The notes under the pieces were generated by a model, which was not told the origin of the DNA, ran no database searches, and worked only from the letters and a program-made list of their open reading frames with translations. From positions 28,644,001 to 28,708,000 of the forward strand of contig OZ024742.1 of assembly GCA_964016885.1 (NCBI GenBank): a stretch of DNA of 64,000 nucleotides, given 5' to 3'. Of this stretch, positions 14,696 through 29,060 are shown in pieces. Every line of letters begins with the position of its first letter. Positions within the stretch are counted from its first letter, which is position 1. A program made the translations under genes and the position numbers. This DNA comes from Eledone cirrhosa (Eukaryota).

Positions 14696-14879
14696 CATAC
14701 ACATATATACACACACACATATACACATATACACACACATATATATATATACACATATATATACACACTCACATATAGACACACATACATACACACATAC
14801 ATACATATACACACAAATACACAAATATATACACACACATATATATGTATACATAGATACGTTTGTATGTGTGTGTGTT

Positions 14880-14920
<41 letters not shown>

Positions 14921-15029
14921 ATGGAAATGGAAAGTGGGTATGTTGAGAAGCGCGTACAATGTTTCAAGCAAACTATCACACCTTAGTATGAATACATATA
15001 TACATATATGTATTCATGTATAAATATAT

Positions 15030-15347
15030 ATATACACACACAATTATGTGTGGTTGTGTGTACGTGTGCAATGCATGTGTACACCTATCTATATATGTGT
15101 AAATTTATATATACACACACAATTATGTGTGGTTGTGTGTAAGTGTGCAATGCATGTGTACACATATCTATATATGTGTAAATATATATATACACACACA
15201 ATTATGTGTGGTTGTGTGTACGTGTGCAATGCATGTGTACACCTATCTATATATGTGTAAATATATATATACACACACAATTATGTGTGGTTGTGTGTAA
15301 GTGTGCAATGCATGTGTACACCTATCTATATATGTGTAAATTTATAT
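15030..15347. repeat. ~79-bp tandem repeat x4
   Basis: ACACACAATTATGTGTGGTTGTGTGTA(C/A)GTGTGCAATGCATGTGTACAC repeated four times. Confidence 0.9.
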
Positions 15348-15434
15348 CACATGTATCTAATTTTCTTCCTATCTAACAGTATGTTGTCTCCAAGTCTACC
15401 GAGTGCATACACACACAGGGACTCACATTACAGT

Positions 15435-15463
15435 CACCTACACCCAAACACACACATATACCT

Positions 15464-15496
<33 letters not shown>

Positions 15497-16230
15497 CCTA
15501 CACACAAACACATATTCCTACACACAAACACATATCCCTACACACAAACACACACATATTCCTACACACAAACACATATCCCTACACACAAACACACACA
15601 TATACCTACACACAAACATGTACCTACACACAAATACACACATGTACCTACACACAAACACACACATATACCTACACATACACACACATTACCTACACAC
15701 AAACACACACATATACCTACACTCAAACACATCCCTACACACAAACACACACATATTCCTACACACAAACACACATGTACCTACACACAAACACACATGT
15801 ACCTACACACAAACACACACATATTCCTACACACAAACACACATGTACCTACACACAAACACACATGTACCTACACACAAACACACACATATACCTACAC
15901 ACACACATGTACCTACACACAAATACACATATGTACCTACACACAAACATACATATCCCTACACACAAACACACACATACCTACACACAAACACACACAC
16001 ATACCTACACACACACACATGTACCTACACACAAACACACACATATACCTACACACAAATACACATATGTACCTACACACAAACATACATATCCCTACAC
16101 ACAAACCAACACATATACCTACACACACACACATGTACCTACACACAAACATACACATCCCTACACACAAACACGCACATATACCTACACACAAACACAC
16201 ACATATACCTACACACAAACATACCTACAT
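15435..16230. repeat. CCTACACACAAACACACA minisatellite
   Basis: ~20-24 bp variable unit, direct reading. Confidence 0.9.
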
Positions 16231-16411
16231 ACAGCCTCACCTACACCACCTCCATCTATCACTTCCTCAATCTGTCTGTCGGCTTTACATATCTCTCTAT
16301 CTATCTGTCTATCTTTCTATCTAATTTGCTATTTACACATCTATCTGTCTGTCTATGTATTCCTCTATCTATCTAGTTTTCTATTTACACATCTATCTAT
16401 CTGTCCGTCTG

Positions 16412-17358
16412 TGGGGAGTACCCACTCTTGGTGCTCCTGGAGATGAGGGTTGTACATTTGTTCGGGGTGTGTACAACCCCCGTGTAACGCCTCCCTCCTA
16501 TTGGGGATTTCAATTGTTATTTGTTATTTTATTAATAGTTTTATTTTCATATACCTGTATGTAAACTCCCCATTTGTATTTGTCCCCTTCTTTTGTGCCC
16601 TTGTGGCTAATAAAGACATTTATCTATAACGACTATTGTCACGGGTGGGACCAATCCCGTTGACAACCGAGTCCATTGTCATGATCAAACTGCCACCCTC
16701 CTTCAAAAACGAAGGAGAGGCGGTTAGGGTTAGGGTTAGGGTTAGCTATGGCGAAAGAGGTTTTATGGTGGACGAGGTTAAAAGAGCTGAGGTCAGACAC
16801 CTTTCTCTCTGGCCAGCAACTGATTCTTTTTTTCAAATACCACTTTGGAAGAAGAGTCAGGATGGAGAGAGAGGTGCTGTACCCCAGCAAGTTTTATGAA
16901 AGGTGGGTGAAAGTGGCGAGAATGGCCCGAGTGAATGGGCCTTCTCTCTATATCAGCCTGTAGGTTGAGGAAAAAGAGGCGGAGAGGAAGGGAGTACAAA
17001 CTCTTCGTACTCCTGGAGATGAGGGTTGCACATTTTTTTTCGGGGGTATGTGTTACCCATATGAACTGTCTCCCCCTATTGGGGAAAATCGACTAATTTT
17101 TAAATTGCATTTGTGATAATATTTTATACCTTTTTATTGTATGTAAACTTCCCCCTTTGTATTTGTCCCCTTCTTTTGTACCCCTGTGGCTAATAAAGAA
17201 ACATATCTATCTATTTATCTATCTATCCCCCCTATTGGGGATTTCGATTGTTATAATTGTTTGTTTCAATATTTTTACATGACTGTATGTAAACTCCCCG
17301 GCATGTGTCTTTGTAATGTCCCCTTTTCTTGTGCGCCCTTGTGGCAAATAAAGAAATA
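16412..17358 (+). mobile_element. Three stacked 5'-truncated L1/Tx1-like LINE 3' ends
   Basis: 3' end TGTCCCCTTCTTTTGTGCCCTTGTGGC(T/A)AATAAAGA at ~16581-16616, ~17164-17199 and ~17317-17353; middle copy encodes an ORF2-like C-terminus (AKEVLWWTRLK...ERWVKVAR); embedded in (TCTA)n. Confidence 0.7.
16722..16745 (+). repeat. Short interstitial telomeric repeat
   Basis: GG(TTAGGG)3TTAG inside the LINE coding fragment. Confidence 0.8.
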
Positions 17359-17577
17359 TATCTATCAATCTATGTCTAGTTTTCTGTTTATATATCTACA
17401 TATCTATCTAGATATGTTACCTGTTTCTGTCTATCAATGTATCTGTCTGTCTACATATATATATTTATTATCTATATGTCTATCTCTCTATTTATATATG
17501 TATATATCGATTGATGTATCTACCTGCGTCTGTCTCCCTACATATCAAACTACATATTTATCTATCTGTCATACTTG

Positions 17578-17725
<148 letters not shown>

Positions 17726-17745
17726 TATATATATATATATTTTTT

Positions 17746-17778
<33 letters not shown>

Positions 17779-17859
17779 TTATATATATATATATATATAT
17801 TTTTTTTTTATATATATATATATTTATATATATATATTTATATATATATATATATATTT

Positions 17860-18140
17860 ATACGATATTAAACAAATGGAAACTATATTTATAAAACCAT
17901 ATTTATTTCATTATACATATTTCAGGGATACCATATTAAAAATATGGCATGCCTTCGTCAGATAAAATACAATATATAAACAGTTTTATAAATAATGTTG
18001 ACGTACCATAATATAAGCGACCATTAAATTAGGAGGCTGCCTTAATATCGTATATCTACTCCAAAAACTTGTCGAGGGCTTTATATCAGTTATAAAATAT
18101 TTACTTGTTGTAACCCAACAATTTTAAATAAAACTTTTGC
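17860..18140. mobile_element. Family C fold-back element with one arm deleted; hammerhead on minus strand
   Basis: Minus 17904-17969: TATTTTAT-CTGACGA-stem II-GAAA-TATGTATA-ATGAAATA; residual IR ATACGATATTAA/TTAATATCGTAT; tail similar to 45003-45095; (TA)n flanks. Confidence 0.8.
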
Positions 18141-18151
18141 ATATATACGTT

Positions 18152-18182
<31 letters not shown>

Positions 18183-18279
18183 ATATATTTATATATATTT
18201 ATTTCTACGGTTCTTATACATTTGATATATATTTTCCTTATCGAGCCCTCTTTGGATTTTAGTCTTCAATTTTATTATT

Positions 18280-19064
<785 letters not shown>

Positions 19065-19500
19065 CTAACTACTAATTTATTATACACACATACACAGAAA
19101 CATACATAAATATACATATAGATCCACATATCAAAGCTTTTATTATAATCGACTTACATCAAAGCAGCCATAATAAGAGATACTATATATAACCATGATG
19201 AGGACATTTGATTTAAATTTTTATGACAGAAGTACGTTATAACGTCTATAATAAAACACATATGATGTAAGCATTATCATAACATCTCTATATTATAAAA
19301 CACATATGATGTCAGCAGTATCATAGCATCTCTATATTGTAAGATATTACAAAAATCTCGTCTTATGATATACAGTGTGTCATAATAGACCTACCTCAGT
19401 GTCCTAAGAGGCGTACAACATAAGATTTACCACAAGACACTTCGTAATCTCTGTCTAAGATATTGGCTATCATATACTCTGTCATAACAGATATATGACA

Positions 19501-19700
19501 TACGCGGGTCAACTGAAAATGTTCATAGGCTGACTATGAAGGAGTGATGCTAGAGCTGTGGAATCTTGTATGCATTAATTTCAACTTTTATTAACAACTG
19601 CATTGTTTCTTTCAGGGGCTTACGTTGAAAAATAAACCTCAGTTGGTCATTCCATGAGGGTATCTTAGTCAGCCTATGAACTTTTCTGCCGATCAACGTA
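19501..19700. mobile_element. Mariner-type MITE
   Basis: TA-flanked imperfect TIRs CGCGGGTCAACTGAAAATGTTCATAGGCTGACT / AGTCAGCCTATGAACTTTTCTGCCGATCAACG. Confidence 0.8.
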
Positions 19701-19751
19701 CATTGTGTCATAGTAGTCAGAGAACTTATAACAAATTCCCTGATATGGAAT

Positions 19752-20060
19752 GGACCTCCATCGGTTTCGAAGGTGAGTATGCCAGTTGTTCGATCAACAG
19801 AACAGCTTGCTCCTGAAATTAACATTTAAGTGGCTGAGAATTCCACAAACGAGAGTGTCCTTAATGTAATTCTTAGGGAGAATCAGCGTGATACAGTGTG
19901 AGAGAAGGCTGACCCATTGAATTATAGGTACAGTCCATCCGATCTGACAGGCTTCCAAACAATTTCCGTCCATCTAACTTCACTTAGAAAGCATGTGTCG
20001 ACTCTTAGCTATGGTAAATGACACCCAAAATACCACCCAGTGGGATCGAACCCGGGACCT
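19752..20060 (-). mobile_element. tRNA-derived SINE, family S2
   Basis: GATCAACAGAACAGCTTGCTC...AAGTGGCTGAG...GGGATCGAACCC (reverse B-box). Confidence 0.7.
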
Positions 20061-20349
20061 ACTGATACATGCATACATGTATTTGCTAATACTCTGGTAT
20101 ATAAAGATGAGGGAAGACAATTTAATGTAGAGTACCCAACATGCCCAATAAACGCCGTATGTCAATACAGCTCCCCTACGACTGTCAGCAGTTACGGGAC
20201 CATACTCAATGTATTTTATTTTATTAAATAGATGGCTCTTACATGATTGATTTTATTGATTTCTCTTAGAGAAGGAAACAGATTTAATCATGTAAGAGCT
20301 GTAAATTTAGTAAAAGAAAATACCCATGTCCTCACGCGTACGTGTATAT

Positions 20350-20360
20350 GTGAGAGAGAT

Positions 20361-20405
<45 letters not shown>

Positions 20406-20407
20406 AG

Positions 20408-20440
<33 letters not shown>

Positions 20441-21000
20441 TACAGAGGAGAGAGAGAGAGACAGAATGAACGAGAGAGAGACAGAAGGAGAGAGAGAGAC
20501 AGACGGGGAGAGAGACAGATAGGAGAGAGAGAGAGAGACACACAGGGAGAAACAGGGTAAAACACTGAGATAAAGAGACAGAGATACGCGGATATAGAGA
20601 GAGAAGGGAAAGAGAGAAAGGAGAGAGAGAGAAGGGAAGGAGAGAGAGAGAATGGAGAGAGAGAAAGGAGAGAGAGAGAAGGGAGAGAGAGAGAAGGGTG
20701 AGATAGAGAAGGGAGAGAGATAGAAGGGAGAGATAGAGGAGAGAAGGAGGAGAGATAGAGAAGGGAGAGATAGAGAAAGGAGAGATAGAGAAGGGAGAGA
20801 GAGAGAAGGAAGGAGAGAGAGAAGGAAGGGTGAGGGAGAGAGAAGGAAGGGTGAGAGAGAGAGAAGGGAGAGAGAGAAGGAAGGGAGAGAGAGAAGGAAG
20901 AGGGAGAGAGAGAGAAGGGAGAGAGAGAAGGAAGGGGGAGTGAGGAGCAGAGAGAGAAAGAAAGAGAGGGAGGGAGAGGTAGAGAAAGAGAATGAGAAAA
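20350..21000. repeat. Polypurine (GA/GGA)n tract
   Basis: Direct reading; similar tracts at 26929-27217, 46387-46830 and 47410-47613. Confidence 0.95.
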
Positions 21001-21764
21001 ATAGCTAAGATTTTAGAAAGAGAAGCTCGATTGAAAATCTGTTTGCGAGTACAGGCTCCGTAGCCAATTGTACATAGGACCCTAATTAAATGAAATATCT
21101 CTCCTAAATCTACATGTGAAACAATCTACCTGTACCGCTGCGACATTTCAATATATCCTCCATCCGCCATTTTCTCTGTTTAAATTCACATAACATATTA
21201 TTGCTGTTTAGACATTACCATTGAAATCTGGCCGGAAGATGTTTTTACTGTTGTTAGGGTTGGCAAGGTACATATTTCGCTCTATTGAAACGATTAACAG
21301 ATTATATTTACTGAGCGAATGTTAATTTATACAGTAGGCATTAGTATTATGTACCCCTAAATAGATACATAATTGGGTGGAATTTATCCAACATGTTGTT
21401 ACTGCTGCTGTTGTTGTTGCTACAGTTGCTGCTGCTGCAGATGTTATTTTAAGCGGATTAAATCCTTGAAAGCTTGTCTAATGTCAGGTAGTTATTTATT
21501 TTACCTTAGGTCGATCTTAAAATCAGTAAGAGTACAGTTAGTAATGCACTTTCAATTTCACCCAAAACGTATATGCGTATATTTAGATTAATAAATCTCA
21601 CCAAATATTATTGTTATTCTACGTAGGGTCAATTTCTTTCCAGCTAACTGAACACACCAGTAATCATATATCCAATATTATTTGCTGATATAAAGAATAG
21701 TGTACCACACAGAGACACAGGCTGCGTAGCTATCAGGCTGGGTATATTTGTTAAAGATTATTTA

Positions 21765-21953
21765 GTGTGGATTGGCAGTATCGGTAGAGGATCGGACGCC
21801 ATGCTTTGACGCATAGAGTTACGGCCCTTGCCATTCTGAGTTCAAATCCCGCCGAGGTTAACTTTGCCTTTCATCCTTACGGGGTCGATAAAATAAAGTA
21901 CCAGTAATACACTGGGTTATTGCTGGCCTTGTGCCAAAAGTAGAAACAATTAT
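21765..21953 (+). mobile_element. SINE family S1
   Basis: CTGAGTTCAAATCCCGCCGAGGTTAACTTTGCCTTTCATCCTTACGGGGTCGATAAAATAAAGTACCAG. Confidence 0.85.
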
Positions 21954-21991
21954 TTAGTGTAAGAGGGAATGTCTTATAGGAAGTAAATATA

Positions 21992-22037
<46 letters not shown>

Positions 22038-22279
22038 CTGTCTGGCTGTCAGTGAGGGGGGGGGGGTGTATGTATGCAGCAATATCCGTAGATGTGGAAA
22101 AGAAAAACAGTGCTCAATCGAGAAGAGAGCTGACATATTATATTATATTATTTATGTTGATACACGGATTAGGTCGCAATTTTGATCCCTCTTACATTCT
22201 GGACATATGGTCAATATTGTGCCTTGAAACTTTCCGTGTATGAACATAAATTATATATATATATATATATATGTGTGTG

Positions 22280-22348
<69 letters not shown>

Positions 22349-22360
22349 TTGAAAACGATA

Positions 22361-22454
22361 AACATATCTGAGGACCTTGCGAATGCAGAATCAGGTTCGA
22401 TCTATAATAGATCCTGCCTTGAGCTGATCGTCGGAGAAACATATGTAATGTGTT
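22361..22454 (+). ncRNA. Type I hammerhead-like ribozyme with enlarged domain II
   Basis: AACATAT-CTGAGGA-(61 nt)-GAAAC-ATAT-GTA-ATGTGTT; 7-bp stem I, palindromic ACATATGT stem III, followed by AATAAA and (TA)n. Confidence 0.6.
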
Positions 22455-22492
22455 AATAAATTGTGTTTTAATGCATCACTGATTCCTCGTTT

Positions 22493-22551
<59 letters not shown>

Positions 22552-22639
22552 CATGTGTATTTAGTGTAATAGACTTGTTTTAATGCAACTACGTGTCTGT
22601 AGGGATATATATATATATATGTGTATGTATGTATATATT

Positions 22640-23380
22640 AAAGTATATTTATCTGTGTAGAATTTATCATAGCAGATATGTATCCGGGTATATATATATC
22701 CAATGATATTTAGCGTGGCATAGAATATTTTACTCCAATTGGTTATGAATGCAAGTATATTGTATCCCAGTGTGTTTGTTAGTGTTTTTTAGTGTTTTAC
22801 TCCAAATGGTTAGCAATGTGGTTATCCAGATATATTAAGTATGGTGATGTACACTTTAGTCCAATGTTTATGATTGCGGTTTTATTATGTCCAAATGTAT
22901 TTAAGAATGTTGCGGGTGTTTTAATCCATCAGTTGTTATTGAAGGTATATAATGTCCAATAATAAAGTGGTTATAATTGTTTTACTCCAGATGGTTATCA
23001 ATGTAGTTTCATATGTCCAGGTGTATTTCGTTTGGTGAATGGTGCTTTACTCCAAATTATTACAGGTAGAGGATTTAAGATGAAAGTTGGTAGATTATTC
23101 CAAAATCAATAAATATGTATAATTTATCCGTAGAAATTTGCTCCAAATGTTTAGTAACGTGTATCTTACTCCAAATACATATTTATCCAGGTAAATTTAT
23201 CCAAGTTAATATAAGGGAGGGTTACTTTGCCCAGGTATCTATATATTGTTGAAAACATCCAAAATATACTGAATCTAATATAAGGTTTGTTGTTGCTTTA
23301 CTCACATAGGTAGAATTTCTGGTAAGTATGCTCAAGATATTGGAAGCATTCTGGTACTTATTTTATCCAAAATTACAAGA
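22640..23380. repeat. Old degenerate minisatellite
   Basis: TTTACTCCAAATGGTTA-like anchor recurs about every 60-65 bp. Confidence 0.6.
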
Positions 23381-23639
23381 ATTGTTAAATTAATCAAAGA
23401 GTTCCAGCACAATAATAGATTAAACGAAAAAAATTCAAATAATTGAATAAATACATTTACTTTTGGAAAATATTTTGTATAATTTTTTTTTTTTTTTTTT
23501 TTTAACTTTTGCAAAGTTACATTTTTAGCATTTAAAACTATATCAAAGAATATGAATAGGTTTGCCCTTAATATTTGATTTGTGTGCATCTGCGTGCATG
23601 TGTGTGTGTGTGTATGTCAGTGTATGTGTGCGTGTATGT

Positions 23640-23707
<68 letters not shown>

Positions 23708-24304
23708 CAGTGTATGTGTGCGTGTATGTCAATGTGTGTGCGAACAAAATCCAAGGGTCATTCATGTGGTTAAAGTTTTGCTCACAAAAGTTGATAAAAT
23801 ATTTTGACGATATTCCATTGTTTTATAAATAAAGGGTCAGGGGCTATACTTGTTCTAGTATCCCACAACACAACACGTAGAGGGGTTCTGCCCTCACAGA
23901 CACAATAAACTGATTGTAAGTAGATCCAAGAGATTTACTGTTATGGTGGAATAGTTTATCTCTGTTGTATAAACAACCGAAGCTCTACATATATATATGT
24001 ATGGAGATTTCTTTGAAAGTACATATATGAAAATACAACAACAAAAATGTATATATATACATAGATGCACAGCGATACGTATAGATAGATTTATAAACAT
24101 ATGTACATGCAATACACTTGCACAGTATGTGTGTGCGCGTAGAATATCATTAGATCAGATGTAATCCAAATTGGTAATCCGGGAGAATCCGGAATGGAAA
24201 TAAATAGGGTCTATAAATATGCATAAAGGCAGATCTATCCGCTTTAGTGTGGTGGAGAATATATTATAAAATGTAAAGAAACAAAACAGATGAACAAATA
24301 ACCA

Positions 24305-24610
24305 AATATGTATTAGTTTAATGCTGAAAGAGAAGCAAAAATGACTAAGGTTATATGTATTAGTTTAACGCTGAAAGAAAACAGAAATTTCTAAGGTTAT
24401 ATGCATTAGCTTAACAATGAGGTTTCAGACTAATATCACAAGAGAAGGGGAAAAACGATTCACGACTCAACTATTAATGATGGCGAACTCGTGGACATAT
24501 TTCGATTAGTTTTTTTTTTTTCTCTATTCTTTCTATCTGTCTCCTTTCCGATGAAGGACATTTGTCAGAAATTTCAGAAATTCTTTCATCTTTTTCAACA
24601 TTAAATTTTT
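24305..24610. mobile_element. Family E dispersed repeat with degenerate hammerhead-like core
   Basis: ATGTATTAGTTTAACGCT-like block three times in tandem; CCGATGA-AGGAC-ATTT-GTCA-GAAA at 24548; related sequence at 39030-39100 (-) and 51680-51750 (+). Confidence 0.4.
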
Positions 24611-25409
24611 ATATATCTTATGTGTTTCTCTATCGTGTTTCTTTATATTCTTTGTGTCTGTAGTAAGAATAGATTCTCTAAAGGATGGTTTTCTTTAATG
24701 ATCAAATATTTTACAGTATTTGATCATTAAAAGAATAACATCCATCAAAAAATCATTATTATCATTTTTCAAAAAATATTTTACCGTACCAAGGATTTCT
24801 ATTCATTTTTAACTACGTATATAACATGCCATTGATCTCATAAAACAGCTTAACTACATGGACCAAATATTACAGAAGACATGACAAACTACATACACAG
24901 TATGTATAAATGTATATACGTGTGTATGTGTGTATATAAATGGGTGTATATGTGCGTGTATGTGTGCGTGTATGTGTGCGTGTGTGTGTATAATCTTGTG
25001 TATGGGAAATGTTTACGACATAAATTTTTGTGGGGGCGCGGGGGCTATGAAAGAAAAGAGTTTTATATATTTACAGAATGATTCCATATTTTTGTGAGGT
25101 GACAATAAACCTCTAAAACAGATGTTAATAAAACAGTCGAGACATAGAGTCAAGTAGATGACCTAATTATATTAAACAAAAAACGGTATGGTGTTTAATG
25201 TTGGCCCCACGACTGTGAACAGAGCATACTCAATAGACGTTCTCTTCACAGTTATAAACAAGGGAGAGACACAAAATAACAAAATCAGTCACTGAGGAGA
25301 TCACAGATTGTGTGACGAAAGCGCTTTGATGACAATAACTACACAACCATCAGATTATTAAAATAACTGACTTAGAAATTATAACAATAAATAGATGTGG
25401 AATCATTTT

Positions 25410-25613
25410 TATTTGGCTGAATCGTTAGCAAGCCGGACAAAATATTCTGCAGCGCATAATTATGCTCTAAGTTCAAATCTCGCCGAGATTAGCTTTATCT
25501 TTCATCCTGACGGGGTCGATAAATAAAGTACCATGAATGCACAGGGGACGATTTGATAGACTTTCCCCTCCCCCACAAAATTGTTGCTTTGTGCTTAAAT
25601 CAGAAATCATTAT
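25410..25613 (+). mobile_element. SINE family S1
   Basis: GTTCAAATCTCGCCGAG...TTCATCCTGACGGGGTCGATAAATAAAGTACC. Confidence 0.75.
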
Positions 25614-25723
25614 TATCATCACATTACTGGGGTCTATTTCAATTCCTTAATAATTATGTTCAATAAACCACCCACCCTACCCCCTAATAATTTTTCACTT
25701 AACTACACAGCCGTCTTTTTGAT

Positions 25724-25756
<33 letters not shown>

Positions 25757-25894
25757 TATATATATGTACACACGCACAAACATACATAAATATATAGAAA
25801 CTTTTCAGCCAATCCTCGTGTGTGTATGTATATATATATATATATATGCACACATGAATATATGTGTGTGTGTATATATATATATATATATACA

Positions 25895-26063
25895 CATGAA
25901 GGTCGGCTAAAAAGTTCATTAGCTAAGATACTCTCATGGAATGACCAAATGAGGGGTTTTTTCAACATATGATGCAGCTCTTAATAAGAAGCGTTGAAAT
26001 TAATGCATGCATGATTTCACAGCTTTAGTATCACTCCTTCATAATCCAAACCCAACTCTCGTA
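25895..26063. mobile_element. Mariner-type MITE (same family as 19501, opposite orientation)
   Basis: GGTCGGCTAAAAAGTTCAT TIR; internal TGAAATTAATGCAT and ATCACTCCTTCATA are reverse complements of 19501-19700. Confidence 0.7.
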
Positions 26064-26086
26064 TATACATATAGATACATACATGC

Positions 26087-26188
<102 letters not shown>

Positions 26189-26759
26189 GTGTGTGCGTGT
26201 GTAAGGGTGGATATTTATTTTCTTCTCGAACCACCCTCGAAGAAAATATTGAGGTTACCCAGGAATTTCGAAGATGAAGGGAAAGAATTGTAAAAGATAC
26301 CCTCAGATGCCGTGGTACCCTAAAACGACCAATATTCTCAGGCTGGGACACCCTCTACACGTGAGGCTCTCTCAACATACACACAAACACTCACTGTAAC
26401 ACATATGTAAATGTGAGTGTTCGAGTGTACATGTTTAGTTGAGTGTGTGAGTAAGTGAGGGGTGTGGGTGAGTGTATGTGTGAGTGTGTGAGTGAGTGTG
26501 TGTGAGTGAGTGTGTGTGTGTGAGTGTGTGGTGTTGTGAGTGTGTGTGAGTGAGTGAGTGAGTGAGTGTGTGTGTGTGAGTGTGTGAGTGTGAAGTGTGT
26601 GAGTGAGTGTGTGAGTGTGTGTGTGTGTGAGTGTGTGTGTGTGTGTGTGTGAGTGTGTGTGAGTGTGTGTGAGTGTGTGTGAGTGTGTGTGAGTGTGTGT
26701 GAGTGTATGAAACGTAATAACGTAAACCAATTTATTATATATGTATGCATAGACATGCG

Positions 26760-26791
<32 letters not shown>

Positions 26792-26923
26792 CTTATTTTC
26801 ATGTATGTATGTATACTTATGTATATATATTATAGAGAGAGCGATGATTACATATATATATATACACACACACAAACCAATACCACAATCATCACAATCG
26901 TTTACACAATGACATATAGCACC

Positions 26924-26974
<51 letters not shown>

Positions 26975-27015
26975 AGGGAAGAAAGAGAGAGAGAAAGAGA
27001 GAGAGACAGAGAGAA

Positions 27016-27060
<45 letters not shown>

Positions 27061-27148
27061 AAGAGAAAGAGAGAGAGAGAAAGAGAGAGTGAAAGAGAGA
27101 GAGAAAGAGGGAGAGAGAGAGAAAGAGAGAAAGAGAGAAAGAGAGAGT

Positions 27149-27216
<68 letters not shown>

Positions 27217-27850
27217 AATGATGCAGTTGGTATTATTAGAGAAATATTGAATATTTTCTATTTCAAAGCCGTGTATGTATGTGTGTGTGTGTATATTGTA
27301 TGTGTGTATGTGTGTGTGTATGTGTGTGTATGTGTGTGTGTATGTGTGTAGTGTATGTATGTATATATATATATATATATACGTATCTAGCTAACGATCT
27401 ATTATACTTTATTTTATAAATGCGAAATTATGTCTCAACAAGTAACGTCTCATGTTTGTGTGTGTATTTTTATAAACACGCGCCACACACATGTACATAC
27501 TTTCTCTCTTATATATATGTGCGCGTGTGTGCGTGTGTATGTGTGCGTGTGATGTGTGCTGTATGTGTGCGTGTGCATGTGTGCGTGTGTATGTGTGCGT
27601 GTGTATGTGTGCGTGCGTGTGTGTGTATGCGTACGTGTGTATGTGTGCGTATGTATGTGTGCGTGTGTATGTGTGCGTGTGTGTATCTATATATAACAAT
27701 GATTGACAACGGTTAAATGGTGAAGACTAAATGACATTCGTCTGTTTATATAATATTTATTTTAAGAAAGCCGAAGGGAATATAACCAGTGCATGTTTTG
27801 TATGGTTTTGACAGAATGACCCACCCGAAATACAATAAGAATGTTTTTTT

Positions 27851-28330
27851 ATTAAAACACAAGGCAGCCATTTTGATGAAGGGGTTGGAAGTTGATTAAG
27901 TCGTCGCCAGTGCATTACTGGTACTTTATTTTATCGACCCCGTAAGGATTGAAAGGCAAAGCTAACTTCGGCGGGATTTGAACTCAGAACGTAAAGGGCC
28001 GTAACTATATGTAACTATATGCCACAAAGCATAATGTTTGACGCTCTACCGATACTGCCAATCCACGGCCCTTTATCTCCAATAACAACAACAATATTAA
28101 TAATAATGATTTCTACTATAGGCACAAGGCTGGCAAATTTGGGAGAGGGGATAGTCAACCAAATCGACCCCCGTGCATTACTGCTGCTTTATTTTATCGA
28201 CCCCGTAAGGATGAAAGGCAAAGTTAACCTCGGCGGGATTTGAACGTAAAGCTGTAAAGGAATGTAAAGGACCGTAACTATATGGTGCAAAACATTGTCG
28301 ACGCTCTACCGATTATTGCTAATCCACCAC
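27851..28330 (-). mobile_element. Tandem pair of S1 SINEs
   Basis: Two copies of TTTATTTTATCGACCCCGTAAGGAT...GGCGGGATTTGAAC. Confidence 0.85.
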
Positions 28331-29005
28331 TCTCGTATCTCCAATAACAATAGATATCTAGAACGTAGTAATCCCAATACAGAATTGTCCTTATTGATAG
28401 TCGATTATTATAGATAATAGTTGAAAAATCGAGTCAAACACCAAATAATAGGAGACACTAGGAGTATTTTACACGAGTTTCTCAACAATTATTTATAGAG
28501 ATGGACTAATTTTGGGGGGTTTTCTGTGTTGGGACGTATACATTAAATTTTCCCCAATGATTGTTTAATAATAAATATATTTTAATATAGTCACCAAAAT
28601 ACCAGACACTGGTACATACACACGTATATATACACATACATACATACATAGAGACGTCTCACACGTATATATACACACACATACAGACGTATATATACAC
28701 ACACACATACAGACGTCTCCCGCAAACATATACACACATATATACACACACATACAGACGTCTCACGCAAACATATAATCACACACATACAGACGTCTCA
28801 CGCAAACATATACAGATGTATATAAACACACACATACAGACGTCTCACACAAACATATACACACGTATATATACACACATACAGGCATATCACACAAACA
28901 TATACACAGACGTATATATACACATAAACATATCAAACAAACATTTATACACACGTATATATATATATACACACACAGACATTTCACACAAAGATATACA
29001 CACAC

Positions 29006-29060
<55 letters not shown>

